Shown one piece after another: positions 28,572 through 43,925 of a stretch of DNA of 64,000 nucleotides (position 1 is the first letter of the stretch; each line of letters begins with the position of its first letter). The position numbers and the translations under genes were made by a program. The notes under the pieces are model-generated. The model worked only from the letters and a program-made list of their open reading frames with translations, did no database searches and was not told the DNA's origin. This DNA comes from Dictyostelium discoideum (Eukaryota): the NCBI GenBank assembly GCA_000004695.1, contig CM000151.3:1312001-1376000 (forward strand), read 5' to 3'.

Positions 28572-31500
28572 TTATTTTGTTGTTGTAGTTGTTGTAGTTG
28601 TAGTTGTAGTTGTAGTTGATTGAAATGGTTTAGTTTTTTTTAAATTATCTTGAGAATTAAAATCAATTTTTCTTTTAATTTGGAGTGGTGGTTTGTTAAT
28701 AGTTGGTTTTTGTTGTTGTGATTGTTGATTTGAAACTGTTTGCAATTGTTCTAATTTTGAAGGTGATGAAGATGAAATTATATTAATTTTACTATTACTA
28801 ACTTCTTCTAATGGTTTCTTAATAGGTAAATTATGATTAACAGTACTGTTAATACTATTTAATTTTGATTCCAAAGTTCTAATCTTTTTCTCATCGATTT
28901 TATTCTTTTTAATTAATTGTTCATAATTTTCAAAAAGTGTTGTTAATTCATCGTCTTTATCCAAGAGAGATTGTTGAAGTTGTTTGATTATTAGATCTTT
29001 TGAGTCATCTTGTTGAACATTATTGATTTGTTCCAATTGAATAGTTGAGATTTTCTCTTGTAATTGTTGGTTTTCATTGGTTGAATTTTCGAGTTTTTGT
29101 TGTAATTGATCGGATTGTTTTTGGAGATCATTTGATTTCTCAATGGATTCATTGTATTGTTGTTGTTTTTCATCAAATTTAGATTTCAATTGATGAATGG
29201 ATTCGATAGATAATTGTTTTTCATCTTGTAATTTTTGAATCTCCAAAGTGTTTATATTGAATTGTTGTTGTAAATGATTGACTTGTTGTTGTAATGTTGA
29301 AATTTTTTCAATGGATTCTTGATTTTGTAATTGTTGTTCCTCCAAATTTGATTTTAATTGTAAATTTGAATCGGATTGTGATTGTTTATCATCTTGTAAT
29401 TTTTGAATCACCAATATATTTAAATCAAATTCTTGTTTTAATTTATTTAATTCTTGTTTTGATTGTGAAAGTTTTTCAAGTGATTCATCGTATTGTTGTT
29501 GTTTTTCATCAAATTTAGATTTCAATTGATGAGTTGATTGAATTGAAGATTGTTTTTCATCTTGATGTTGTTGTTGAATTAATTCTCTTTCTTTTAAATA
29601 ATTTTCAGTTTGTTGAGAATGTAAATGTTCAAGTTGGGAAATTGATTGTTCCAATTGTTTAATTACCAAAGTATCTTTATCATTCTCTTTTCTCAAATGA
29701 GTATTTGATTCCTTTTCAAATTTAATTTCTTGTTCCAATTGATCCAATTTACATTGTAAGTTAGAGTTTTCATTAGTTTTTTCTTGTAAATTTTGAGTTA
29801 CTTCTTTAAATTCTTGAATCATTTCATCGAGTTTCGATTTAATATCATCAGATTTTGATTGATTTTCAAATGAATTTTGTTTTTCAAGTTCAACATTTTC
29901 CTTTAATTGAGTGATCATATCATTTTGAAGTTTATTTCTTTCCAATTCATTGGATAAATCCAAGAGTAATTGTTGATTCTTTGATTTTAACTCTGTTACA
30001 TGGTTTGATAATTGATCGATTGAACTATCAGAATTCTTTTTATTTGAATTAAATAATTGAATATCTTGTTTTAATGTTGAGATTTCATCTTGTTTTTCAA
30101 AGAGTTGTTGTTTTAATCTATCAAATTCCAATTGTAATTGATTCTTTTCATCTATTAATTCTTGATAATTTGATTGAGAATCATTGATTTCCATTTGATA
30201 ATCATTGATTTTCTTATTTAATTCCAATAAGGTTGAATTCAATGTAGAGACACCATCTTGTTTATCAGAGAGTACCTGTTTCAATTGATCTAATTCCAAT
30301 TGTAATTGATTCTTTTCATTTTGAATCACTTTAATATTGTTATCATATTCTTTAATATCTGATTGATAATTGGATATTTTTCTATTCAATTCAAATTCAA
30401 TTGAATTTAATAAAGTGATATCATCATGTTGTTCAGAGATTCTTTGTTTCAATTGATCCAATTCCAATTGTAATTGATTCTTTTCATTTTGTAAACTTTG
30501 AACATTTTCATTTGATTCAGTGATTTGTGATTGATAATCAGTGATGGTTGAATTCAATTGTAAGAGGTTATCATTCAATTTAGAGGTTTCATCTTGAAGA
30601 TCATTACACTTGACTAATGATTCTTTTATTGATTGATTACGTTGTGAAATTGTTTCTTCAAGTTTAATAATTTCATCTTTATCAATTTGTAAATCAATTT
30701 GTAATTGTTGTATCTTATAATCACTAGTTGAAAGATCCTGTTGTAATTGTTGAATTTTATGATTGTTTTTATCGATTTCCATCTCTTGTAATTGGATACA
30801 AGATTGTTTTTCATCTATCAACATTTTAGATTGTTCAATTTGTTCTTGTAAATCTTGATTATATTGTGAGCTTAATGATTGAATTTTCAATTCAAACTCT
30901 GTTAATTGATTTTGATTTTCTTCAATTTTTAATTCAAGTTTTGAAATGATTTCATTGGATTCATTTAGTTGACATTGTAATTGTGATTTCAAATCAGAGG
31001 TTTCATTTAGGGAATCTTGTAAGAGTGAAATTTGATTTTGAGAATTTTGAAGATCCAATGAATTTGAGGATTGTAATTGTTGAATTTGTTCCAATTGATC
31101 ATTGGATTGATCATTCAATTTGGATAATTTTAAAGAGAGAGATTGGCAAGTCTCTTGATATTGTTGTTTTTCATTTGATAATTCCTTGATTTCCAATTGT
31201 AATTCAATTACAGTCTTTTCAAATTGTGAAATTGAAAGTTTACATTCTTGAACCAATTCTTTACTTTCAGATAATTGTTGTTTCAATTGTTCTATTTGAT
31301 TATTGTAAAAGTTTAAATCATCAGATTGATTTTGATTGATTTGTTTGGAATTTTCTAAATCCATTTTCAAAGTTTGACATTTATATCTCTCTTCATCCAA
31401 TAGAATTGTGAGTTCACCTTGATGATTGGATTGTTCCTCATTGACTCGTTTAACTTGTTCGATTGATTTCTCTAATTGAGTTGTATATAGTTTTGATTCA

Positions 31501-34005
31501 TTAAATAAATTTATGGATTGTTGTAAATCTTGTTTCAAATTAAAGAGTTGATTTTGTTCAACTTGATAACGTTGATTTAATTCATCGAAATTTGATTTAC
31601 CAAGATTAATCTTGTCAAACAGTTGATCAATATCAATTGAATTTTTTTGTAATTGTTCTTGTTGTCTATTGAGATCATCTTGTTTCAATTGTAATTCACT
31701 AGTTAGTTGATCAATTGATTCCAGGGATTGATTATATTGGTCATCCTTTTCTGAAAGTTTTTTATTTAATTCAATCACTTGTAATGATAAAGAATGAATA
31801 GATTGTTGTTTTTTAATCGATTCATCATTTAATTGAACAAGTTTTTCATTTAATGAATTAATATCAACTGATTGATTATCTATTGTAGTTAAATGTTGAT
31901 TAATTGTTAATTGATTTTGTTGAATGGTTTGTTTCAATTGTTGAGTTTTTACTTGAAATTCTTGAATTGTTCTCTCTTTATTTGATAGTTCTTGGTCTTT
32001 TTCAGGTATAGTAATAGTTGATAATTGATTTAATTGTAATTTTATTGCTTCAATCTCTGTTGAGAGAGAATTACTTTCATCTTGTAATGATTTAATAGTT
32101 GATTTTAATTGATTAATAGTTTGACAATCCTCTCTAATTGAAGATAATAATTGTTGATTCTCTTGATTCTTTTGATTATTTATTTTATTTAACTCATTAA
32201 TTTGTTCAGAATAATCATTTATTAAACAATTTAGTGAATCCTTTTCAGAGTTTATATTTACAATTGTATGATTTAAAGTTGTAATCTTTTCTTGAAATTT
32301 ATTTAAACTTTCAGATTGATCTAATTTCATTTGTTCAATTTGATTCTCTTTCTCTTTTAGTTGATCTTGATGAGTTGAATTTAAATTCTCAATTATTGAA
32401 TATAATGATTCAAGTTCTTTTTTATTAGTTGTTAATTTATCTTGATGATTTGAGATTAAAAGTATTGAGTTTTCAAGTTTAATCTTTAAATCATTGTTTT
32501 CATTAGTGATTGTATTGATTTGGTCATTGGAATCCGATTGTTTATCATTTAATGATTGTAAATCTGAATTTAAATTATCAATTTCCTTTTGTTTATCAAT
32601 GATTTCATTGATTCTTTGAGTTAATAATGATTGTTGATTTGAATTTCTTTCAATTTGATCATCTAATTTCTTTTTTAATTCATTAAAATCAAAAGAGAGT
32701 TGTTGTTTTTCAATTTGATATTCATTTGAAATATTATTAAATTCTAAATTCAATTTATTATAATTTAATTTTGAAAGTGATAAATCATCTAATAACTTTG
32801 AATAATTATTTGATTTAGTGTCAAGTTGTGATTTTAAATCTTTTAGATCTTTATCTTGTTCAGTGATTAAAATTTGATAATCATTATTCTCCTTTGAGAT
32901 TTTATCAATCAATGATTTCGATTCGGTTCTTTCATTCTTTAATTTTTCATTTATTTCTTTATTCAATTGAGACACTGATTTCAGATTCTCTTGATATTCA
33001 GAGATTAACGATTGGTAACGTTCATTATCATCATCAGAGGTTGATTGTAAATCCGATACTTGGATTTGTAAATCCATAATTAAAATTTCAGATTCTTTAA
33101 GTTTCTCTTGCTCACTCTTTAGTTTATCACTTACAAATTCAAGTTTCTCCTCCAACTCTGTCATTATCAAAGTGGATGTTGATATCTCCTCGCTTTGGAT
33201 ATCAATGATTTGCTGATTCTTTTCATTATCTGCATTGAATTGATGTTGTAATTCTCTCAACTCTTTTTCATATTGCTGTTGTTTATCTCGTAATTGTTGT
33301 ATCATGATATCCTTATTTTCAATCTTACTCCTTTGATTGGACTCTTGCTCTTTGCTATCAGTTAATTGTTCTTGTAATTGTTGGATTTCAATCTCCATTT
33401 TCCCCATCTCCTTATTAGATTGCAATAAATATGATTTATTCTCTTTATTGGAATTCTCTAAATGCACTATCCTAACTTCTAAATTTGATTTATCACACCT
33501 TAATTTATCAGTTTCATTTATAAGTTTCTCTAATTTCTCTGTTTGTATTTCAATTTGTTTATTTGTTTTATCTTCAAATTCTCTCATCTCTTTTTGATGT
33601 TGTTTCTCCAAATTCCCTTTTTCAACTTTTAATTGATCAATTAATTCACAAACTTTTTGATGATTCGTTTTAGTTTGTTTTAATATTTCTTGTAATTTTT
33701 TAATTTCAATTTGACCATTATTAAATTTTTCTTCAACTAATTTTAACTAATAATAATAATAAAAAAAAATTAATAATTTTATTATTATATTATTATTATT
33801 ATTATTTTTTAAATATATATATATATATACATACTTCAGATAAAATTTTATTTTTTTCATTCTTTAATTCTGTTGCTGTTTTTTGAGTAACTTTTAAAAC
33901 ATCAGCTTGATTATCAAATTGTTGAGCTTTTTGTTTTATTCGTTTCTTTAAATCTTCATTTTCATCTTCAAGATGTTTTATCTTTTCATGTTGGTCTTTA
34001 TTCAT
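28572..34005 (-). CDS. Large coiled-coil protein (about 1780 aa), two exons
   Basis: Exon 1 33835..34005 (MNKDQHEKIKHLEDENEDLKKRIKQ...KILSE; donor GAA|GTATGT). Exon 2 28572..33746 (acceptor ATTATTAG|TTAAAATTAGTT; LKLVEEKFNNGQIEIKKLQ...). Heptad-rich Q/E/K/L sequence throughout with internal repeats (NEKNQLQLELDQLKQ three times). C-terminus ends in polyT ([15 protein letters not shown]). No motor or actin-binding domain recognised. Confidence 0.7.
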
Positions 34006-34615
34006 CTATGTATGTATTTATTATTTATTTAATTAAAAAAAAAAAAAAAATGTTATATAATATAATTTTTAATTTTTTTTAATGGATAAATAATTTATTT
34101 GTTAAGGTATGTTTAAAATAATATAATAAACATTTTTTTTTTCATTTTTTTTTTTAATTTTTATTTTTTTTTATGGAAAACTAAACATAACAGCTTTTTT
34201 TTTTTTTGGATTTTTTGGCGCAAAAAATGTTTGTATTGTTTTTTTTTAAAAAAAAGATATTTTGGGGAAAATTGGAAACAAAAAAAATAAAAATATAAAT
34301 AAAAAATAATCGATCAAAATTTTTTCTAAAAATATATGTTTTAATGAAAATATGTTTTTTTTTTTTTTTTTTTTTTTATTGGGTAGTATTTATAACTTTC
34401 AATAAAGATATATAAGGTTCAATTTTTAATTTTGAGAAAGAATCTTTAAATAATTGTTTGTTTTCCTTTGATAATTCTTTATTGAAATAAAATTCTGATG
34501 CTATAATAATAAACAATTTTTCATTTGTTTGAATTTTTGATGCAAATTCAGATTCCCTATAAAAATTTAATAAAATTAGTAAAATTTTTTTTTTTTTTAT
34601 AAATTAAATAAATAA

Positions 34616-34646
<31 letters not shown>

Positions 34647-34648
<2 letters not shown>

Positions 34649-37600
34649 ATAATACAAACAATAATTTAAAAGATCTTTTTGGTGAAGAAGTTAAAAATAA
34701 ATAAGTTAAAGCCCATAAACAATGAGTTGGATTTTGAATTTGGAAAAAATTTTGTAAACAAATGATAATCCAATAGTTGATTAAATGTTGATTTGTATTT
34801 TCAGAAGTATCATTTTCAACCAAGAAATCGAAAACCTTTGAAATGATTTGACACATTAATTTTGAGTTTGTTTTACTTTGTTTTAAAAATTCACCTAAAA
34901 TAAAGGATAAAACTTGATCGACTGAAGGGAATAAATCTACGATTACAACTGGTAATACCTCTGATAATACATGAGATTCGTATGAGAAATGAGAGACTAA
35001 ACGAATCTTATCGAATAACATCTTAACTTTTTCCATATTATTTACACGTGAGAATTTCTGTCTATCCAATGATGATAATGGATCACCACCACCACCACCA
35101 TTGATTAATGAATTACCACCACTACCACTATAATTATCATCCATAATAAAAGAGGACATAACCGAGTCCAATGCAGAGTTTAATGGTGATTCTATAGAAC
35201 TTGAACTGAATGAACCTTCAAATGCTGTCAATGAATTAACACCACCACTACCAATGGATGAGATGGATGATTTAGTGAACGATGGTGAATTGATACCAGT
35301 TTCATCACCGGTATAGATACAAGTAACCATTAAACCCAATGCAAGTAATGATCTAATTGGATTCTCTGATGGTAATGATTTCAAAGAGAAATGAGAGATC
35401 AATTCACGTTGTGAATGACTTAATGAAAATGAAACCAATAAACGATCCAAACCTCTGAAAACACCATAAACGATTGGTACAGGTGTGGATTGTTGTTGAC
35501 CCAATTGAATACATGTAGTAACGGCACGTTTTGTAAATAATGTTTCCTCTGCTTCTCTACTATACTGTTCAATCATTAAAAACATTGTTGCCAATACACG
35601 TAATGTCAATGATACCGGTGGGAAAGGTACACTTGATAGTCTAGTTGGTATCCAACGGAAAAGGAATTGTAGTAATGAACCTTGGATATATTTGTTGACT
35701 TTACCTTCCAATAGATAAAGTATGCCATCCAATGCACTAACTTGTAAAGAGATATTTTGATGATCCAATGCCGATTTCAACATTTCAAATATACCAACAC
35801 TATGAGCATTACTATCGCCAACATTTGGTGGTGTTTGTAAAATTGCAATACCTTTACAAATACCTAAAATCAAATGTTGTTTCAAAAGGAAATCATCAAT
35901 TTCATCTTGAGCATAAATTGTTGTAAAAGTTTTAAACATCCATATCACTTGTTCACGATTGAATAAATCTGATAACAATACTGTCGATTTCAATATATCT
36001 TTCTTTAACATTGGTGGACACATTGGGTTAACCAAGAAACTTTCAAAAGATTCTAAAAGTTTTTGAATGATTGGTGTGAAATTTACACCAATGAAATAAG
36101 GAGTTTTAAATAGACGTAAATCTGATAAGGAGATTTGATCGGAGCCAAATTGATTTGAAGAGAATGAACGTTCAATATTGAAATGATAAGCTGATAGAGA
36201 GGAGGAGGACATATTTTGATGATTACCACTGCTTTCACCAAACATTGACGAACTTGAGCTAACCGATTCAATGGCACCACCCAATGGTAGCTCTGATTGT
36301 GGCATATCGCCATAAATGGTTGAAAGAAGATGATTTAATTTCTTACCAGTTGGAGTATTTAAAAACATTAAATCCTTTTCACGTGGAATATGATTATAGG
36401 TTGACTTTGGTATGGTAGAGGTTTCCAATAGATTCACTTGACTATTAACACCAGTGACTTCAAAACACACTTTAATAATCATTGTAGCCATACCAGATAG
36501 AGACAAACATTTGCACTCCTCTGTAATTTCATCGCTACCCATTTCAGCGTCACCCAAAGGTGAAACGAAAATTGGTTCCAACATTTCCCAAATCTGTTTA
36601 AATTTGAATTCATCATCGATATCAACGAAATGAATGAAACTGACCAAAGCTTTAATATTTTGTTCAGGTGAAACATTACTTGAAAATATTGGACAATTTG
36701 GAATGATACCACCACCAAATTCATCCTCTGATGAAGTTGATACGGTTGGATAAATGAAATCGAATGCTTTGGTTGACAAGGGTATGATTGCACGTATAAA
36801 ACTATCGAATATTAATTGACCAATATGTGATCCGGGCATTGGGGTATAGGATTTGACATTGGTTAACAAAGAAACCAAGAATTTAATCATTTCATTTGAT
36901 TGAGTCAATGAGATTTGAGTTGGATCTTGTGAAAAATTCTCTTCCAATTCTCTTTGACCTGAAATGTAACCAAAATGAGGTCTAATCACCAAACAATACA
37001 GTTTATAAAGACAAAGTAACAAAGAACACCATTCACTATCATCTGTTATAGTTAGAATGGAAGCGGTACTCTTTAGAATGATTGAACGGGATAACTCCAA
37101 AACCAATTTAAAATCATATGGATTAATAATTTCAGCACGCCATCTTCTAAAGCTTTCAATGAAAGCCCAAGTTGAAACTTTAAGTAATTTTGATTCACAA
37201 AGTTCGCCCAATCCAAATTTATTGATGAAATTTGATAAACATCTAGTGGTCTCTCTTAATTCATCCCAAACTGAATCCGATAGAAATGGTGGACCACCCT
37301 TCAATGGATCAGTACCAATTTCACCTGCCAACCCTAATAAAGTATCAACTTTTTTCAATAAATAAGCTTGAATTTCATCTTGAAACTCTAAACTATAAAC
37401 AGAAGAAATAAACGCTGGTAATAATGTACCATCCAATGATTTAGATTCTAATAAACTAATAGTAGCATCTTTATCAATTTGTGATAATATTGAAATATTA
37501 TTAAAACTATGTTGATTTAAATTATTTGAATAATATCTTGATTTAATTAATTCAACAAAATAATCCCATGGTACAGTTTTTAAATCTGAAATTTGATTAT

Positions 37601-39149
37601 TTTTTTTAATTGTTTCAATTTGTAATTGAATTAATTTTTCAATATTATTTCCTTCTTCTTCTTCTTTTACTTTTTCTTTTTCTTTTTCTTTTTCTTCTTC
37701 TTCTTTTTCAATTATATTATTATTATTATTATTATTATTATTTGTTAATTCTTTTTCTTTTAATTTTTCAATTACATTATTATGAGTTGGTGTTATACCT
37801 TGATAAGCTGAAGATGGTGATAAATTTTTAATTAATTTTAAGAATAAAGATTGAACTGATTGATTTGTAGTTGATTTTACAAAATTTGACATGAAAATTT
37901 GATAAAGTTCTTGAATGATCTCTAAAGAATTTTGTGGACCATAAGTTTCAATTAAATTATTAATATTTAAATTTAAGATACGTTCCCCTGAAACTTGTAA
38001 ACTAATATCATCAGTTTGTAAGAAATTAACGATTAACAATTCTAAAGTCTCTCTATTTGCTGGTAAATAAGATAAAAGACGTAATAGTTTTTGTTTTTTT
38101 CTAAGATCCAATGAATTTGAAACTCTAGAGAATATTTTCACCAAATGTTGTGTAAATATTTCAATATATTGATTTTGATCAGAATTTGAACCACCTTTAA
38201 CTAGGAATTCAATCAACTTCTTTACAGTGGATTCATTAATTAATAAAACAATCTTATCTAAAAATGTTTCACTTAATTCAATATTTTGTGATTTCAATAC
38301 AACAATCGATTGACAATATAATAAAAATATGATATGATGAGTTAAAAAGTGCTCACAACCACAACTTTGCCAATTATTTGATAATGCATATTGTTTCCAA
38401 ACCAAATCTGCACCTTCGATAACTTGTTGATTTGGTAATCTACCTAATAACAATAATAGCTTAACAGCATGGATTGATGTACTTGTACCACCATATGATA
38501 ATAAACTTGTTGTTATCTCTTGAATGATTGTACCATTATCTAATGCCAATATACCTTTTAATGAATCCATAAACAAGTTAATCGTTGAGGAACTACCACC
38601 AACAGTTGGTGAAAGTAATAATGAAGATGATGGTTGTTTCATTAATGATGATCCCATTGCCATTGTTGTTACTGTTATTGTTGACGATGATGATGATGAC
38701 AATGGTGATACACTACCACTGCCAGTAGTAGTATTGGTAGCACCAAAATTTGGACTATTTGATAATGATTGTGCAGAAATATGTGGTACTAAATTCTTAT
38801 TGAAAAATATTGAACTATAATATAAAAGATGATTTATCAATTGAGTGAATAATACATTCTTTGGTTTATACAATGAAAATACTGATACAGCATTACGAAT
38901 TAATTTCAATAATAAAGTTGAAATGATTGCTGCACTTGGACCTGGTTGATGTTTATTATCATGATTCGATAAAAATCTTGATTGTCTTGCAGCTGAAATT
39001 CTAGCTTCTTCTGGTAATTTACAACCTGTTCTTAATAATACTAATAATGGTGGTAACCATCTTAATTCATATGCTTCTAAAATACTTTCACGTAATAATA
39101 ATATACGTTTTCTAATTAATGGATCACTTGGTGTTGTTGTGGTTGTATT

Positions 39150-39181
<32 letters not shown>

Positions 39182-39692
39182 ACGATGATGATGATGGTGA
39201 GGTTGCAGTTGATGATGACGATGACGATGATGATGTTGATTTATTTACAAATTGTGGTGAAACTGATAATAAAGCATCAGCCCATCTTGCAGCAGATAAA
39301 GATGAACTATGAAGTTTATCAATTAAAACATATAATCTTTCAACCTCTTCAATTGAATTAATAATGAAAAATGGTGAATCACCAAGTGATAAATTTGTAA
39401 ATAATTGATGAGAAATTTGTTGAGAGAATTTTTGATGTAATGTACTATTTGGTTGAACGATTGTAACAATTAAAATTAAAATATCAATTGTTTGAGAATA
39501 TTGTAAATTTGATAATAAAAAACTTAAAAATCGTTCTCTAAAATCTGTATCTGGATATTTATCATTTGGATCATATAAATATCTAACAAAAGAATGACAA
39601 TTTTCAATAATAGTTGGTATTGTATAACTATATGGGTGTGAACTATTATTACCAATTACTGTACTATTATTTAATGACTGACTAGAATTTGA

Positions 39693-39761
<69 letters not shown>

Positions 39762-42700
39762 TGATGAAATATTTGGTGTTGAATTTAATGATTGGCTTTT
39801 ATTTTGATTAGTTTGTTGTTGTTGTTGTGGTGGTGGTTGGAAAAATAATTTTTTAATATCATCAATACTAACTGAAGAATCTGGGAATAATTTTCTATAA
39901 ATAAACATTGAACCTAATAAATCATAACTATAAGATAATACTTGATTTGGTTTTGATAATAGACAATGAGTTTCTTTTAATTCTTCAATGAAATAAGTTG
40001 GGAAATGATTTTCTTTATCGAATAATGATAAGTCTAAACCAAATTTACTTAATTTACTAAGCATCAATAGGATAGCAATTTTCAATTCATGTGAATGTGT
40101 AGTTTGATATTCAATCATTGAGCCAATGATTAATGGTTCAAATAATTTGAAATTTAATTTTCTATCTTCATTGGAAATGATACGATTAATCTCTGAATTA
40201 CTATAACTATAATTAATATTATGACTTGATGGTACTTCATTGATGAAATCATAATGTTGTTTAAGATTTGGTGTACCAAAGGTTAACAATGATGAAAACA
40301 CTGATCTAGAATTTAAAAACATTTCATCATGTGAATTACTACTACTTGAATGTGATTCAATTGATCTTGGTTCATATTGTTTCAATGAGGATGAAGATGA
40401 ATTAATACCACCACTGCCACCACCACCACCGCCACCAGTACTAATGAAACCACCACCAATATTCAAATCTCTTGATTTTTGTGATAATGAACTAATTGAT
40501 ACAATTGGTGTTGGTTTCATAGTTACTAAAAATAATTCATTTATACATTTAATTACTGATACAGGTTCTTGTTCGAAATGAGTCGTTAAATAACCAATGA
40601 TCTCTTCTGTATAGGGTAATATAGTTTTACCAGCACATTTTAACATTACTGATAAAGTTTCAAAACATGCTTGTCTAAGTTGAGAAAATCTATCAATACC
40701 AAAAATTGTGATTGAATTAATACGAGCTGTTAAAAGTTTTGAATAAAGTTTGATATAATGTATCGAATGAGTGAAAGAACCTAAATGAGTTGGTGCCTTG
40801 AGTAGTGGTGAATTTACATGAATACCACTTGGATTTGATTTAACCTCTTTCAAAGGTGGTGTAGGTCTAAACTGAATGATATTAGTTGCAATATTGATAA
40901 TACGTACTATATGGCGCAATACATTATGACAATAGGTGCCAAGTACATTCTCAGCACCCCTACTAAGATAACCCAATATCTCAATGATATCAATATGAAC
41001 ATCGAAATCTGTTGCAACCCAAGTCAAACCAACCCTATCCAAAGCCAATGGTAAAATATCGCCAACAAATGATAACATTGGATTTGCTAAAACCGAAGAA
41101 AGTGTACGACACTGTTCTGGTGTATCGGGTGGGAATGAATAGGTTTTACAAATTAAATTTAAAGCACCATAACAACCACGTATCTTATCATCTGGATGTG
41201 GATTTGAAAGTTGATTAACCAATAAACCAATAACATGTGAAAGATTTGCAAATATCTTTCTCTTTCTTAATACAGTATTCTCATAATCTTGAACATCAAA
41301 TGTCTCTCTAACCTTACTAGATATACCCTTCATTGAATGACGTTCCAATGGTGCTGTGAATACAAGTTTTGGTATAACTCTAACCAATGATTTACCTGCA
41401 CTATTTCTAACTCTAAAATCATTATCACTTAATTGTTCAATTAAAAAATCTAAAACTTTTGATTGAATTGGTATTGCAACTGCGCCACCAGTTTCTGAAT
41501 TATTCTTATTATTATTACTATTATTGCTATTATTATTATTTTCATTAATTTTTATTGATGAAGTTGAAATTGATAAATTTGGACCATTTATAACGACATT
41601 CATTACATTTGATTTTTGTTGAATATTTTGTTCAAGATATTCAATTACAATATAGTCAATCATTGATAAAGTTTCTAGAATTTCCAATTTAACTAACCAA
41701 TAAGTTGAACTACTAACACAAAGTAAATGACGTAATGTTACCAATGCCCAATCAGAGAATTTACTTTGTGATAGAATTGGTAAACATTCACTAATACCTG
41801 TACAAGCTAATTTCGCAGTTATCGAACTTGAATCCATTAATGCACGTAATAAAAATATTAATAAAGTTGGAATTGATAGATTATCTTCTAGCAATGCTAT
41901 ATTGGTTGGATAGATTTGATTACTGGTTATATGATCGGTTTCAAGATAACCTCTAATTAAACAACCAATCATCAATGCTGTACCTCCTCTAAGTAATGGA
42001 TCACTATCATTTAAATAATATAAAAACTCTTCTTTAGGTTCTAAACTAAATGTATGATTTGATACACCTGTTGTACTATTAATTCCACTCATTGTTGATG
42101 ATGTTAAATTATGTTGTTGTTGTTGTTGTTGCTGTTGTTGTTGTTGTTGTTGTTGTTGCTGTTGTTGTTGAGTAATTGGTGTAAACAATTTAAAATTTAA
42201 ATCAGAAGGTGAAATATTTAATAAATAATCTCTACAAATATGATCTTCTGCTGATGTTACTGTATTTGAATCAATAGTTGAAGGTTGATGTTTAAAAAAT
42301 TCATCATTAAATAATTTTGGAAAGAATTTTACAGATTGTGCTAAACAATTTAAAACTACAGCTTTTAAACTAACTCTAATCGATGATTGTTGATTAAAAC
42401 ATAAATGTCTAAGTTGAGCAATCACTTCTCTAACCAATGGTTTTGGCCAACTATATTCATAAGGTCCAAATGTTACCAATAATTGTTGTAATAACTCTAA
42501 ACTTAATCCAACAATATTATGATCATATGGTTCACCATCAATTGGTACTTGAATATATTTTAATATAAAATGTACGAAAAATTGAATCTTTAATGAAAAT
42601 CCATCTAAAATTTTAATATCATTTGCTTTTTTTTTTTAAAAAAAAAAAAATAATTAGTATATTATGTAAAAAATAAATTAATAAATTAATAAATAAATTA

Positions 42701-43925
42701 ATACTTACATGATAATTCTTCAGCTAATTTAATTAATTGTAAATAAGAGAATAAAACACCTAATATTTTTGAATTTTGTAAAGTATTTGTATTACTACTT
42801 GCAGGTATACATGATGCTGAAGTAATTGAAGAGATTGGTGGAGAATTTGGAAAAGTGAAATTGTATAGAAATTCAATTGTAAATTCAAACAATGGTCTTG
42901 GATGATATCTACAAATGGATGTTATGGATAGGGAGGCAGCACGACGCACTGCTGCAGATGGTTGTTGAAGATTTCTACTGAATAGATCAATCAATTGATG
43001 AACTTCGTTCTCCTTTAAGTAGGGTATTAAAATTTTGGAGATGTTCTCCATCGAGATTGAAATACTCTCCTGTAATGACTCATCCTCAATGATACTCAAC
43101 AAACTATTGATTGGTGGTACCAATGATAATATATACTTTCTACATTTCGATGGTCTAATAAAACTACAAATCTCTCCAAACTTTATCAATGCAATACGTT
43201 GTGATTTCAATGGAAATGGTTTGGATAATATTTGATTTGCTGTATTAAATATTGAATTTGCATTACCATTACTATTATTCGTATTATTTCCTGGTGTCGT
43301 ATTTCCACTATTATTATTACTACTACTATTACTATTACTATTACTATTACTATTACTATTACTACTAAAATTATTATATAAATTATTTGATGAATTTGAT
43401 GTTGAATGTGATGGTGATTGAGTCGATGGTGATTGTTGGTAATTTGGTGTGGTTGGTACTGATGGTGTCACTGAATTTTGTGATAAATGATCTGTTAAAT
43501 TGGTTGATAATCTCTTTTCATTATTATGTTGATGTGGTTTACCTTTTAAAACTTTAAATAATTCAAATAATATTCTTTCATGATATGAATATACTAAAAT
43601 CTAAAATAAATAATAATAATAATTAGAAATCAATAAAAAACAATGATCAATTATGATGATTGAAATAATAACTTACTTTTATAGTTCTATTTAAACTTTC
43701 TTCAGCAACAGAATAAACATTTAAATCTTTATCACCATGTGCTCTTAAGAGTAATGAGATTGCAATTGATAAAAATCTTGGAAAATCTGCTGTATTTCTA
43801 AGTGATGGTGCACATATTTGCTCTGAAATCGTTCTACATGCTTCAATCTTTTCTTTCCTTAAATTTTGATCCTCTGTATCTATTGGTGATGCTGATAATA
43901 TATCTAATCCACGAATAAGATCCAT
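34647..43925 (-). CDS. htt: Huntingtin orthologue (about 3030-3040 aa as modelled), three exons
   Basis: Exon 1 43677..43925: MDLIRGLDILSASPIDTEDQNLRKEKIEACRTISEQICAPSLRNTADFPRFLSIAISLLLRAHGDKDLNVYSVAEESLNRTIK aligns with the human HTT N-terminal HEAT region (..[54 protein letters not shown]). Exon 2 42709..43600: ..RIALIKFGEICSFIRPSKCRKYILSLVP versus human [28 protein letters not shown]. Exon 3 34647..about 42625 (alternative acceptor at 42604): ITAKLACTGISECLP, YWLVKLEILETLSMIDY and DFRVRNSAGKSLVRVIPKLVF match human VTCKLACTAVRNCV, YWLVRTELLETLAEIDF and [21 protein letters not shown]. A polyQ of about 21 Q at 42110..42170 falls in exon 3, not at the extreme N-terminus. Confidence 0.85.
42110..42170. 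repeat. (CAA/CAG)n polyQ-encoding tract inside htt exon 3
   Basis: Plus-strand (TTG)n with two CTG interruptions; it encodes ..[25 protein letters not shown] on the minus strand. Confidence 0.9.

Noticed and set aside
36083-41218. Several 68-104-aa ORFs on both strands inside htt exon 3
   Set aside because: All nested within the 2610-aa huntingtin-homologous frame. No independent support.
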